Below, in pieces: positions 38,184 through 49,522 of a stretch of 64,000 nucleotides of DNA (position 1 is its first letter; every line of letters starts with the position of its first letter). Under the pieces are notes generated by a model. That model was not told the origin of the DNA, made no database searches, and was given only the letters and a program-made list of their open reading frames with translations. The position numbers were made by a program, and so were the translations under genes. The DNA lies in IMG/VR virus record IMGVR_UViG_3300045988_083782, one strand, 5' to 3'. The stretch comes from a virus.

Positions 38184-38711
38184 ATGAAGCTATTTGACAT
38201 ACTTGGAGGTAAAGTAGTAATACATTCAGATGCTTTAGGTATCCCATGCTTTAAAAAGGTGTGGGATGCTGACAAACCTGATAAAGAGCATGCTACTAAT
38301 ATAATCAGTTACATTGTATTAAAGAATAAATGGGATAGTCCATATGTACTTAGTTCTGATAAAGAGAATATTGAACCAAGGCTTAAGAAACAACTACTAG
38401 GTGATGCTAATTATAAGCTGACTACAGATGAAATACAATGTGAAAAAGAATTCATAGGATTTCAAAATACTAATACTTTACAGATGCTAACTAATATGCG
38501 TTTGAAGTTAGATAGTATTAGTAAGTACTATAGAGATTCACTAGATGAAATACTAGACGAGAAGAAGATTAAAGATATTCTAGCTGGTATGACAAGCGTA
38601 GGTAATGTCTATAAATCATTAGACTTACTTGAGAAAGCAGTTAAGAGTGAAGAGTTATCTAGTACTAAAGTAAAAGGTAATGCTGAGATTAATCCTTATG
38701 AATTAAATTAA
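38184..38711 (+). CDS. hypothetical protein
   Basis: 175-aa ORF. Confidence 0.5.
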   Translation: MKLFDILGGKVVIHSDALGIPCFKKVWDADKPDKEHATNIISYIVLKNKWDSPYVLSSDKENIEPRLKKQLLGDANYKLTTDEIQCEKEFIGFQNTNTLQMLTNMRLKLDSISKYYRDSLDEILDEKKIKDILAGMTSVGNVYKSLDLLEKAVKSEELSSTKVKGNAEINPYELN

Positions 38712-38732
38712 TTTGTTTAAAAAAAACATTAC

Positions 38733-38951
38733 ATGGAAACTAGTATAAAGTTAAGCGTTTTATTGAGTATTAACACTGAAAATAATATGAAGAACAATTT
38801 TACAATGCCAGATGTAGTTCTGGATCTTACAGACGAGAATAAAGATATTTTTGAAGCTATTGCAGAATGTGAAGCTAAACGCCAAGATCTATTGCATTCT
38901 CCGTGGTATAAGAGAATCTTTAAACCTGTAAAACGTAGTTTGAAGAAATAA
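38733..38951 (+). CDS. hypothetical protein
   Basis: 72-aa ORF. Confidence 0.4.
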   Translation: METSIKLSVLLSINTENNMKNNFTMPDVVLDLTDENKDIFEAIAECEAKRQDLLHSPWYKRIFKPVKRSLKK

Positions 38952-39015
38952 CTATTCAATAGTAAAGTTATGACTAGACATAGCTTGAGTGTCTTAAAAG
39001 AAGTCAAGCATACAT

Positions 39016-39090
39016 TCTCCTATGGTGTAATGGTTAGCACAGGAGGCTCTAACCCTCTTAGTCTGAGTTCGAATCTTAGTGGGAGTACCA
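39016..39090 (+). tRNA. amber suppressor tRNA, anticodon CUA (reads UAG), probably Gln-type
   Basis: TCTCCTA TG GTGT-AATGGTTA-GCAC A GGAGG-CTCTAAC-CCTCT TAGT CTGAG-TTCGAAT-CTTAG TGGGAGT A CCA. The anticodon loop CU-CUA-AC has U33 and A37. The D-arm UGGUGUAAUGGUUAGCAC resembles tRNA-Gln genes as I recall them. CCA is encoded. Confidence 0.85.
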
Positions 39091-39226
39091 ATAAATATTG
39101 AAGATGAGCGCGCATCAACGTAACCACCTAAGTCACTTACTATTTGATCCAATAGTAAACACAGCTAATGATGGTCCTAATCGTAAGTAGGCACTTTTAT
39201 AGAGTTAAGTGGTATAACTCTATTAT

Positions 39227-39299
39227 GGCGGGATGTAGCAGTTGGTAGCTAGTCAGGCTCATAACCTGAAGGTCGTTGGTTCGAGTCCAACTCCCGCAA
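39227..39299 (+). tRNA. tRNA with anticodon CAU (Met, or Ile2 if lysidine-modified)
   Basis: GGCGGGA TG TAGC-AGTTGGTA-GCTA G TCAGG-CTCATAA-CCTGA AGGTC GTTGG-TTCGAGT-CCAAC TCCCGCA A. Position 1:72 is a G.A mismatch. Confidence 0.8.
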
Positions 39300-39304
39300 C
39301 ATTT

Positions 39305-39328
39305 AGGGAGGTTAAATACCTCCCTTTT
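39305..39328 (+). terminator. Rho-independent terminator after the tRNA pair
   Basis: GGGAGG TTAAATA CCTCCC TTTT. Confidence 0.55.
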
Positions 39329-39347
39329 CAATTCGGAAAAGAAGATA

Positions 39348-41432
39348 ATGGAAGACAGATAGATAGTAAGCAAGATTGATTTTTATAAGCCTATTAAGAA
39401 TAGCAATAAGTTCAGAAAGCCAGCTCTATAGTACATAGAGACTGGCTCTTATTGTTCCTACCCTAAGAATACTACAGAGTATTTTCAATTCTGGGATAAG
39501 GAAATTAGATATTGTATAGATGGTTATACTGCTGAAGACGGTGATTGGATAAGCGGGTATAACTATTTTTATTTGAACTATTGTCCTATCTCTAGAGTAG
39601 TGTATGAAACATATACAGATAGATTTGGCAATCAAAAGAAACGCAAAGTAAAGAAAGTAGAATTTGCTGATTTCTGGGATTATGATTACTATTACTTTAC
39701 TGCTATATAGGAAGCTGAAGAATCAGGTACACATATGTGTGTATTAAAAGCCAGACGTCGTGGTTACTCCTTTAAAGGTGCAGCTATGGCTTGCCGTAAC
39801 TATTATCTAATACCAGATAGTAAGACATATATATATGCATCAAATAAACAGTATCTTACTGAAGATGGTATTCTTACTAAAGCGTGGGACTACATGGACT
39901 TTATTGATAAGAATACAGCTTGGGGTAAGAAAAGATCTGTTAATACTTAGATGCGTAAACGTGCAGCTGTTAATGTTAAAGACGAGTATGGTAATGAAAT
40001 AGAATTGGGTTACAAATCTGAAATCATTGGTGTTACTCTAAAAGACAATCCTGACGTAGTACGTGGTAAATCAGGTAAGCTTATCTTATTTGAGGAAGCA
40101 GGTTCATTCAGTGAATTAGGTGCAGCATGGCAGATTGCTAGACCTTCTGTAGAACAAGATGGTGTAGCGTATGGTCTTATGTTAGCATTTGGTACTGGTG
40201 GTGACCCTTCTTCAGCATTTGATACACTGAAGGACATGTTCTATAATCCTAAAGGCTATAATTGTTTAGGCTTCTAGAATATATGGGATGAAAACCCAGG
40301 AGATAAACCGTGTGGATTCTTTGTGCCACAGTATACTAATATATCTGACATGGACGATAATGGCAATCGTCTGTATATGGATGTAGATGGTAATACTTTG
40401 CATAAAAAGTCAATAGACAGAATATTAGACTTACGTAGAGATGTAATAGAAAATGCTACTAGCACTACAGCTGTAGATAGATATGTAGCAGAGCGACCTA
40501 TTACACCTGCTGAAGCAATGCTCGAATTTAATGGTAACATCTTCCCTAAGAAAGAATTACAAGCACATTTAGCTATGATTCGTACCAATCGTAGTCTACA
40601 AAATCACAAACAAGTAGGTGACTTGGTGTTTGGTGATGATGGCTTACTTAAGTGGATACCTAAGAAGAGAGGCGACATTACTAAATATCCGTTAAGTAAA
40701 GATGATGACCCTACTGGTTCAATAGTAATATGGGAACACCCAGTATAGGACGCACCTGTTGGATTGTACATAGCGGGTATGGACCCGTATGACCATGATT
40801 AGGCTGGTACTAATTCATTAGGCTCTATGTTCATTTACAAGCGATTCTAGAGCTTTGAAGAATATTATGATATAATTGTTGCTGAGTATACTGGAAGGCC
40901 TTCTACAGCAGAGGAATACTACGAGAATGCACGTAAACTATTGCTTTACTATAATGCTAGATTGATGTACGAAAATGAACGTAAAGGCATATTCCCATAC
41001 TTTACTGCTAAACATTGTGATTACTTACTAGCAGATCAACCTGATATCATTAACGACATTGTTGGTAACTCAAAAGTATAGCGTAGAAAGGGTTGCCATA
41101 TCAATAAGTAGATTAAGGACTGGGGTGAAGGTATGATAAAAGATTGGCTTAACGAAGAGTATGCTCCAGGCAAAAAGAACTTAACCAAGATACTATCAGA
41201 ACCGCTATTGGAAGAACTTATAGGTTATAATGACAAAGGAAATTTCGATAGAGTGTGTGCGTTAATATAGCTAATGATTTATAAAGAACAACTACATAAT
41301 TTAGTTGTTAAAGAAAAGACTAAAGAGAATAGGAATAGGATATTATTTGATGGGCCAATATTTGCGCAACAGTGGTCAGATGAACCAAGTATGCCTAACC
41401 TATTTAATGATTCAAATACGTATACGTTTTAA
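39348..41432 (+). CDS. terL: terminase large subunit, at least 10 in-frame TAG sense codons
   Basis: Single frame from ATG 39348 to TAA 41430. ORF-track pieces 39735-39950, 39951-40277 and 40323-40748 are all in this frame. ATPase region VLKARRRGYSFKG and nuclease-domain GMDPYDHD. Sits directly upstream of the portal gene. Confidence 0.8.
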
Positions 41433-41434
41433 TT

Positions 41435-43936
41435 ATGAATAACATTAACATATTTCCTGCATAGAAAGTACCTATGTCTAAAAAGACCAAGGAATGGAAA
41501 GAAAGCTGCGTGGATTATATTATTGGTCACAGTGCCTCTTCCAGAAATGGTAATAGTAGGAGTAGGGAAGAAGAGATGCAGACATACTATGATCTGTATA
41601 ATAGTATATACAATGAAAAAGATCTAAAGTATGTTACTAACCCATTTAAACAAGATGATGGGTTTCCTGCAACTGCTTAGGATTATAATATTATTAAACC
41701 AAAGATAGATCTATTACTTGGAGAAGAGACTAAGCGCCCATTCAACTTTAGAGTAGTAAGAACTAGTGATATTGCTACTAGTGATCTATAGGATAAAGCT
41801 AAACAATTACTTATTGATTATGTATAGGCATCTATTATGTCTAAACTTGGTCCCGAAGAGTAGGCTAGATATCAAGAGGCTTTACAGTCTGGTGAGATAA
41901 TGACACCTGAGTAGATACAGAAATACTTAACAAAAGATTATAAAGATATTGCAGAAATTGCAGCACAACATAGTCTAAACTATTTGAAGCAGAAGTTAAA
42001 TGTTACACATGAATTCTTCAAGGGGTGGAAGGATGCATTGATAGCTGGAGAAGAGATTTACTATGTAGGGGTAATTAATGGGGAACCTTATGTTGAAAGA
42101 GTAAATCCACTAAGTTTCAGTTATGAACAATCTGCTGATTTAGAATTCATTCACGAAGCATCTTGGTGCTGTCGTAAAATGAATATGTCTGCTACTGAGA
42201 TCTATGACAGATTCTATGATAAAATGTCAGAGAAGTAGTTAAACGAATTGCTGGATATGATGGATGATGGTACCAGAGGAGGACTTAATCCACAGGTTCG
42301 TAAGACATCTTTAGACTATCCGCATATTAAAACTAGAACTATTAATGGTTTTAGTTCTAACCCATTTCAAAATGCAGATAATATCAATGTATGGCATTGT
42401 TGTTGGAAATCGTTTAAGAAGATTGGATTTGTTACTATCTTTAACCCTGAAACTGGGGCAGAAGAGGAATTTGAAGTAGATGAAAGTTATAAAGTTACAG
42501 GTAGGGAAGTTAACGTAGAATGGACATGGATTATCGAAGTATGGGAAGGATACAGAGTTGGAGAAGACCTATATATAGGTATACAGCCAGTTGAGTATCA
42601 ACATATCTCAGCTGATAACCCTAATTCGCAAAAACTGCCTTATACTGGCGTAGTATACAACAATACCAATAGTTCTCCTAGGTCCTTAGTTAGTATGATG
42701 AAACCATTACAGTATATGTATATTGTAATATGGTATAGACTTGAGCTAGCAATGGCTAGAGATAAAGGTAAAGTAGTAACTATGGATATTACTTAGATAC
42801 CTAAAAGCATGAATATTGATGTAGCAAAGTGGATGCATTACTTAGGAGCTTTAGGTGTTAACTTTGTAAACCCATATGAAGAAGGTTGGGATATACCTGG
42901 TAGAGAAGGTGGTAAGCCATCACAGTTCAATCAGATTACCGCATTAGATCTTACTATGGCTAATACTATTGATCAATACATTAACCTGATGGATAAGATT
43001 GAATCAATGGTATCCGAGATTACTGGTGTTACTAAACAAAGAGAAGGAGCAATTTCATCTAATGAATTAGTAGGTAATGTTGAAAGATCTGTAGTACAAT
43101 CCGCTCACATTACTGAACCGTTATTCTGGGTTCACAATCAAGTAAAGAAAGAAGTATTAAGTATGTTACTCAATACTGCCAAGTTTGCATGGAAAGATGG
43201 CGATAAGAGATGTATACATTATGTATTAGATGATGCTACACGTGCATTCTTGACTCTTAATGATGACTTCTTCTATGAAGATATGGATATCTTTTTGGAT
43301 GATTCTACTAAGAATCAGCAACAGTTAGAAGCACTTAAACAGCTTATGCAGCCTGCTATGCAGAATGGTGCTAGTCTATTAGATATCGCCGAAATCATTA
43401 CAATGGATAACATTAATATGATTAAGAATCGCTTAGAAGACATTGAACAGAAGCGTATGGAACAGCAGCAAGCTTTGGAAGAGCAACAGGCTCAGAGAGA
43501 ACAGCAGATGATCCAAATGCAGAATGAAGTTAAGGAAGAGGAATTGATGATAAAAGAAGCAGAGATGGATCTTGAAAAGTATAAGATAGATTCAGATAAC
43601 GCTACTAGGATTACAGTTGCTCAACTTCAGGCTTACAGAGGATTAGAAGATCAAGATTAGAATGATAATGGTATTCCAGATACTATGGAAATCGCTGCAC
43701 AAGCTTTAGCTGAACGTAAACAGGCATCTGAAGAAGCTGGTAAACAATTTGAATTCAATGCTAAACTTCGTGAACAATAGATGAAGAAAGAGATTGAAGA
43801 CAAGAAGATTCAGCTTGAAAGAGAGAAATTAACAGCTGCTTAGAAACTACAAAAACAAAAGGATGAAGCGGCTATGCAAAGAGAAAAACTTAAAGCAAAG
43901 ACATCCCTAAAAAATAAAGTAGTAGGAGAGAAGTAA
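41435..43936 (+). CDS. portal protein (putative), TAG-recoded
   Basis: Single frame. Pieces 41474-41680, 41984-42238, 42248-42796 and 42809-43660 are joined only by TAG, with real stop TAA 43934. About 830 aa, immediately after TerL. The alternative start is 41474. Confidence 0.65.
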
Positions 43937-44349
43937 TGGAAAAACTAGATCAATAGATAAGTGTAGTAAATAATAGATTATTACTACCTTTAAAAGTAAA
44001 TGGTAAATCTGTATACTTCTTAGTAGATACTGGCGCTTCTATTGCTTTAGTGGATATAACAAAAACTAAAGAATTAGGATATAAACTTGGCAGTAAACTA
44101 TCTTCTACTATTGTAGGAGCTGGTGGAGAAGCATCAGAAGTTTATCATACTAAAGATTTAGACGTAGATTTAAATGGTCATAAGTTGTATCAGTTTGTAG
44201 CTACTAATATAGATAATATAAAGAAGTCTATTAAACAAAATACAGATTATGAAATATTTGGTATACTTAGTCTGAAACAGATGCAAGATATTGGTATGAT
44301 TATCGATACTGCATCCGGTAATATTTACTTTAAAGAAAAGGAGAATTAA
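43936..44349 (+). CDS. retropepsin-like aspartic protease (one TAG)
   Basis: Catalytic motif YFLVDTGASIALV, then ILSLKQM and GMIIDTASG, typical of the clan AA fold. The ATG overlaps the portal TAA. Confidence 0.65.
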
Positions 44350-44351
44350 TT

Positions 44352-44882
44352 ATGGCATGCGGAAATAATTATTATGTTTACAAACATAGTACTCCTAACA
44401 ATAAAGTATACATCGGAATAACTAAGTAGAATCCAAACCGTAGATGGAGAAATGGGCATGGATATAAAGATTCTCATCTATTTTTCAACGCTATTATTAA
44501 ATACGGATGGTTAAATATAACACATGAAATACTAAAGGAAGGTTTATCTTTTGAAGATGCGTGTAAATATGAAAAATATTACATAGATTTATATAAATCT
44601 AACGATAGAGAATTCGGTTATAATTTAACTAAAGGAGGCGGAAGAAAGTCAGACCAGATCAATAAAACTGAATTTATCAAAATTGGTACTGGTAAAAATA
44701 AAGGGAAAGAAATATTAGTATATAATGTTAACGGTGAATATATTGGTGAATTTATATCATCATATCAAGCAGCCAAGGTATTAAATTGCGATTAGGGGCA
44801 TATTCGTAAATGTTGTCAACATAAAGAAGGGAGAACTAAACATAAAGGTTACATTTTTAAATATAAGGAGGAAATACAATGA
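44352..44882 (+). mobile_element. free-standing GIY-YIG homing endonuclease gene (two TAG codons)
   Basis: YYVYKHSTPNNKVYIGITK, RRWRNGHGY, YEKYYIDLY and FGYNLTKGG. The C-terminal NUMOD-like segment is ILVYNVNGEYIGEFISSYQAAKVLN. Confidence 0.75.
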
Positions 44883-44965
44883 GTTGCGGAGGAAAGAAAT
44901 CCAGCTCTACCAAAGGTAAAGGTGGAAAGAAAAGCAAATAATATTAGTAATTAAAATTAAACAAT

Positions 44966-45199
44966 ATGGAATGGGTGAAAGGAACAGATAAACAAGAATA
45001 CATTGATGAATTACTTAAGTCTGGATTTGTAGATAGCGGTATAACTGCAATCATAGATGTTGATGATATGAAGTATTACGAACAGCTTGAAACTACTCTT
45101 TATCACCCAGAATTCCATATATTTGTAGACATTTACACCAAACACGCTACTATTAGAACAACAAAAACATATCTTGGCAAAGAATATTTTGAACAATGA
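44966..45199 (+). CDS. hypothetical protein
   Basis: 77-aa ORF. Confidence 0.45.
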   Translation: MEWVKGTDKQEYIDELLKSGFVDSGITAIIDVDDMKYYEQLETTLYHPEFHIFVDIYTKHATIRTTKTYLGKEYFEQ

Positions 45200-45237
45200 A
45201 TAGATAGGCATTTAAACAAAGAATACAATAGTATAAG

Positions 45238-46554
45238 ATGTATAAAGAACAGAATCCAAATACATCTTATATAGACTGGAAGAATTTATAGAAGTATGAA
45301 GATGGTGGAGAAGTAGGTGGTAAAAAAGAACCACCTTATCCTTCTTTCTATAATGGTCGTAGAGTAAATAGATGGACAGGTGAACCTCTAGCTACAGGTG
45401 CGGTTAAAGCTGCTTTTGACATAGAGGATGCCGCTAATCTTACTCCTGTGGGCGATGCCATTACTGTCAAAGATATGTCTCAAGCAGTATTAAACAAAGA
45501 CTGGGCTGGTTTAGGTATTGCATCATTGGGTCTTATACCAGTAGTAGGAACTGGATTAGGCAAAGTTATTACTAGAGGTGTACGTGGAATTGCTAAGAAT
45601 ATTGAAAGAGAGTCTACAGATGCTGTTCGTAGATCAGTGCCTACTGTTAATAAGGATAGATTTACTAGACAGTTAAATAAAGTAATAGAGAAAATGCAAT
45701 AGGAGAAAAGTTCATTGCGTGATCCTAATTACAAAATCTCAGACATTAGTGATGCTAACAATGCTAGAAATGAAGTACTAGGAGATTTAAATAAAGAGTA
45801 TTTTGATAAAGCTAGAGCAGTAGATGCTCAATATGGTACAGACTACGAGAATACTTATAAGAAAATACTTGATGCTTATAATGATCCAGTTGAATACATG
45901 CAAAATACTCCTTATGTGAAATATGAAGATCTAGGAATAGACAATTAGGGTAAAATTAACTTTGCTCCAGATGATGAAAGAGCATTTGAAATAGCTGTAG
46001 AAAACAGTCCTGCAAAACTAAAAGACTATGTAGTAACAGCTGGAAAAGACAATGCTACTAAAGGAACTATTTACCATGAAATGTCTCACTTAGTTGATGG
46101 TATGTAGAATCCAGGAGGTACTTTTGATATTAAAGATAACAAGCTGTTGTGGGAAGCAGGCAAAGAAAAGCATTTCAAATTATTTAAAGAATACAATAAT
46201 GCAGTCAGTAATGCTGAAAAGATATCTGAGTATAATTATAGGTATCTCACTAATCCTTTTGAAATGAAAGCATTTGTAAATACTGCTAGAAGTGATATGG
46301 CCTAGTTAGGCATACTTAATAAAAGAACATAGAGTGCTACTAAGGAACAGATTAATAGTTATCTACAACACCCTGAAGCACATGGTTCATTAAAGAAATT
46401 ATTTAAATTACATAAAGACCCTGATCAATTTTACAAAATGTTTAATGCTATGCCATATCTTGGATTAACTGGTCTTGGAGTATATAATCTTTACCAATAC
46501 GATACTAAGAACAATGGACAGTATATACCCAATATATCCGATACCAACTTATAA
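45238..46554 (+). CDS. late protein with HExxH zincin motif, TAG-recoded
   Basis: One frame joins 45448-45702 and 45715-45948 and runs to TAA 46552. Contains GTIYHEMSHLVDG. Confidence 0.5.
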
Positions 46555-46729
46555 AAGTGGTGGTATCCATATAAAGAAGAAAAACAGGGGCAAATTTAAT
46601 GCTTTAAAGAAAAGAACAGGAAAATCTACTGAAGAGTTAACTCACAGTAAGAATCCCCTAACAAGAAAAAGAGCAATCTTTGCACAGAATGCGAAGAAAT
46701 GGAATAAAGGTAGAAAAAAGAAAAAATAA
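46514..46729 (+). CDS. small highly basic protein (start uncertain)
   Basis: ORF 46475-46729. Lys/Arg-rich: IHIKKKNRGKF...KWNKGRKKKK. Confidence 0.35.
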   Translation: MDSIYPIYPIPTYKSGGIHIKKKNRGKFNALKKRTGKSTEELTHSKNPLTRKRAIFAQNAKKWNKGRKKKK

Positions 46730-46741
46730 AACAATATAGTT

Positions 46742-47929
46742 ATGGAAAAAAACACATTGAATGGATTTGAAGTATTTAGTAGTTTCAATCCTAATGTAGG
46801 TAAAAATTCTGATGATATTGACATAGATCCCAGCAAGATTGAAGAGTCTTTTGAAGAGATGTCTGACGAAGAGTTAGAGCAAGTAAAAAATATTGCTAAA
46901 CAAAAGAAGACTCCTAAAATCGAAGATGATGAAGAGGAAGAAGTAATAGAGGACGAAGAGGATACTGAAGAAAAGGAGGAACCTAAGAAATCTAAGAAAG
47001 CTTCTAAACAAAAAGAAAAAGAAGTTGAAGAGGAAGAGGAAGAGGAAGACGAAGAAGATGACTCTGATGATGACAATGAAGAAGGAGATGTATAGGTTAC
47101 TTCTTTCTTCAAAGCATTAGCTGAAAAGATGAACTGGGAAATTGACGATGAAGACGAAGTTCCTCAAACAGCGGAAGAGTTAATTGAGTACTTCCAAGAA
47201 GTAATTGAAGAAGCATCTGTACCTACTTATGCTAATGAAGAAGTAGCTAAGTTAGACGAATTTGTAAAGAATGGTGGAGATATTCGTGATTACTTATCTA
47301 TTGACGCTCCTCTGGATTTGGATGACATTGATATTGAAGATGATGAAGTAAATCAGAAAGCTGTACTTAAAGAATTCCTTAAAGAGAAAGGATTCAATAG
47401 TAAACAGATTGAGAAGAAACTGACTAAATATGATGAAGCTGGTATTCTTTCAGATGAAGCTGAAGACGCTTTAGAGGCTCTTAAAGGCATTAGAGAAGAA
47501 AAGAAACAACAGCTATTGGAGGATCAGAAAAAGCAGGCAGAGACTGCTAGAAAGAACCAACAGGCATTTTTTGACAACGTTGTCAAGGAAATAAAAGGCC
47601 TAGATAATATACGTGGTATTGCTATTCCTGCAAAGGATAAACATGTTCTGCTGGAATACATATTTAGACCTGAAGCTGATGGCAAAACTAGATACCAAAA
47701 GGATTATGCTAAGAGTATCAAGAACTTGATCGAGTCAGCTTATTTTACTATGAAGGGTGATACATTGCTAGACATAGCTAAAAAAGAAGGTAAAAAGAAA
47801 GCTATAGACAGTTTCAAGAACTCATTGAAGAATAATAGTGGTATCAATAAGAAATCACAGAAACAAGTAAAATCATCGGAAGATGATACTTCATTATGGT
47901 CATCCTTTACACGCAAACTTCGTGTATAA
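46742..47929 (+). CDS. scaffolding-like acidic coiled-coil protein (one TAG at 47093)
   Basis: 46742-47095 and 47129-47929 share a frame. Long D/E runs and a helical charged sequence, directly upstream of the putative capsid gene. Confidence 0.5.
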
Positions 47930-47965
47930 TGATATTAATAAATAAATAAAAATTACTAGTATTTT

Positions 47966-49435
47966 ATGGATAATAATATTCTTAATAATTTAGTACTATA
48001 CAAAGGCAAAAGATTTTCTGATCTGATTGACACAAATAAGATCTCTTATGCTTCACAGCAAAGTCCTTATCAGGTATCTACTGTATTGTCTTATGTATTT
48101 GGTACAAAAGACAATGGTTATAGTACTTCTTTAGACATGCTTACCGGTGGTCTTGGAAACGTAATGACTATCGACAAAGCATCTTGGGAATGGCCTGTAA
48201 TGATTGATGCAGATAGAGCTGTAACAATTAGAGATGCAAAATGGCAGGGAGAAGCTATCAGCGCTACTTCAACAGCTGGTTTAGGTAATACACCTATCAT
48301 GTTGTGGTTAGAAGAGAACATGTTTGCTTCTGGTGCTATTCTTGAATTTGATAACAAAGAATTCCAGGTACGTGTTTCTGGAGCTCCTTATCAGGATGGT
48401 AACCTGTGGGTTTATACTTGCTTTGTAGCAGATGGTAAACCTTCTTCTTATATTCCTGCTGATCTGTTAACAGCTGGTTGTCAAGTATCTCGTCTTGCTT
48501 CTGCTTACGAAGAGTACTCAGAAGAAGGTGATATCCTGAACTACAGCACTCACTTCAAGATGCGTAACTACCTGACTACTATTCGTATCAACTACGATAT
48601 CACAGGTTCTGCTTATTCAGATGTAATGGCAATTGCTCTGAGAGATCCTGCAACAGGTAAAACATCTTATTTGTGGGCTGACTATCAGGAATGGCTTGCA
48701 CTTCGTGAATGGTATAAGAGAACTGAAAGAATGTTGGTTTACATGAAGAGTAATGTAAACAAAGATGGTTCTTGTAACTTGAAGGGTACTAACGGTCGTC
48801 CGGTATTTATTGGTGCTGGTCTGCTCGAACAGATTGCTCCGTCTAACAGACGTTACTATACTCGTCTTTCTGCTGAACTGTTGGAAGATTTCTTAGCTGA
48901 CCTGTCTTATAACTGTCTTGGTACTAACGAACGTAAGTTTGTTGCTTTGACTGGTGAAATGGGTATGCGTGAATTCGACCGTGTATTGAAAGAAAAAGCA
49001 ACAACTATGAACTTGATCGATACAGTATTCGTAACAGGTTCTGGTGATAACTTGACTTTCGGTGGTCAGTTCAAGACTTATAAGATGACTAATGGTATCG
49101 AATTGACGTTGAAATACTTCCCGTTGTATGATGATACTACTTATAATCGTCAGTTGCATCCGGTTACTCTGAAACCGCTGGAATCATATCGTATGACATT
49201 CCTGGATCTGGGTAGACGTGATGGTGAAGCTAACATTGTTAAGGTAGTTCGTAAAGACCGTGAATTCGTTACTTGGTATACTGGTGGTGCTGTTGCTCCG
49301 TCTGGATATGCTAAATCTAAAGATACTCTGAGATCTAATGGTAAGGACGGTTATACTGTATACTTCCTTGGTGAAATGGGTATCATGCTGAGAGATCCTA
49401 GAGCTTGTGGTGAGCTGATCATGGAGGCTGAGTAA
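47966..49435 (+). CDS. major capsid protein (putative)
   Basis: 489-aa uninterrupted ORF after the scaffold-like gene. Codon usage looks biased (GGT/GCT/CGT). It has no TAG and is followed by a strong terminator. Confidence 0.65.
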   Translation: MDNNILNNLVLYKGKRFSDLIDTNKISYASQQSPYQVSTVLSYVFGTKDNGYSTSLDMLTGGLGNVMTIDKASWEWPVMIDADRAVTIRDAKWQGEAISATSTAGLGNTPIMLWLEENMFASGAILEFDNKEFQVRVSGAPYQDGNLWVYTCFVADGKPSSYIPADLLTAGCQVSRLASAYEEYSEEGDILNYSTHFKMRNYLTTIRINYDITGSAYSDVMAIALRDPATGKTSYLWADYQEWLALREWYKRTERMLVYMKSNVNKDGSCNLKGTNGRPVFIGAGLLEQIAPSNRRYYTRLSAELLEDFLADLSYNCLGTNERKFVALTGEMGMREFDRVLKEKATTMNLIDTVFVTGSGDNLTFGGQFKTYKMTNGIELTLKYFPLYDDTTYNRQLHPVTLKPLESYRMTFLDLGRRDGEANIVKVVRKDREFVTWYTGGAVAPSGYAKSKDTLRSNGKDGYTVYFLGEMGIMLRDPRACGELIMEAE

Positions 49436-49462
49436 GCAAAGTAAATAAATAAAACAAAGTAA

Positions 49463-49493
49463 GGGGAGCTTGGCTAGTGCTCCCCAAGCTTTT
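49463..49493 (+). terminator. Rho-independent terminator after the capsid gene
   Basis: GGGGAGC TTGGCTAGT GCTCCCC, or the alternative AGCTTGG...CCAAGCT, followed by TTTT. Confidence 0.6.
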
Positions 49494-49522
49494 ACTAACT
49501 TGATAATCTAATATTAAATATT

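Noticed and set aside
39227-39299. The CAU tRNA as an initiator tRNA, because of the 1:72 mismatch.
   Set aside because: The anticodon stem (TCAGG/CCTGA) lacks the three consecutive G-C pairs typical of initiators. An elongator Met or Ile2 tRNA is more likely.
44879-44941. 20-codon basic mini-ORF (MSCGGKKSSSTKGKGGKKSK) after the first homing endonuclease gene.
   Set aside because: It is too short to support from sequence alone. It may be a remnant of a gene displaced by the endonuclease insertion.
46642-47112. 156-aa Ser-rich minus-strand ORF.
   Set aside because: It is the antisense shadow of the GAA/GAT-rich acidic scaffold-like gene. It is low complexity and has no independent support.
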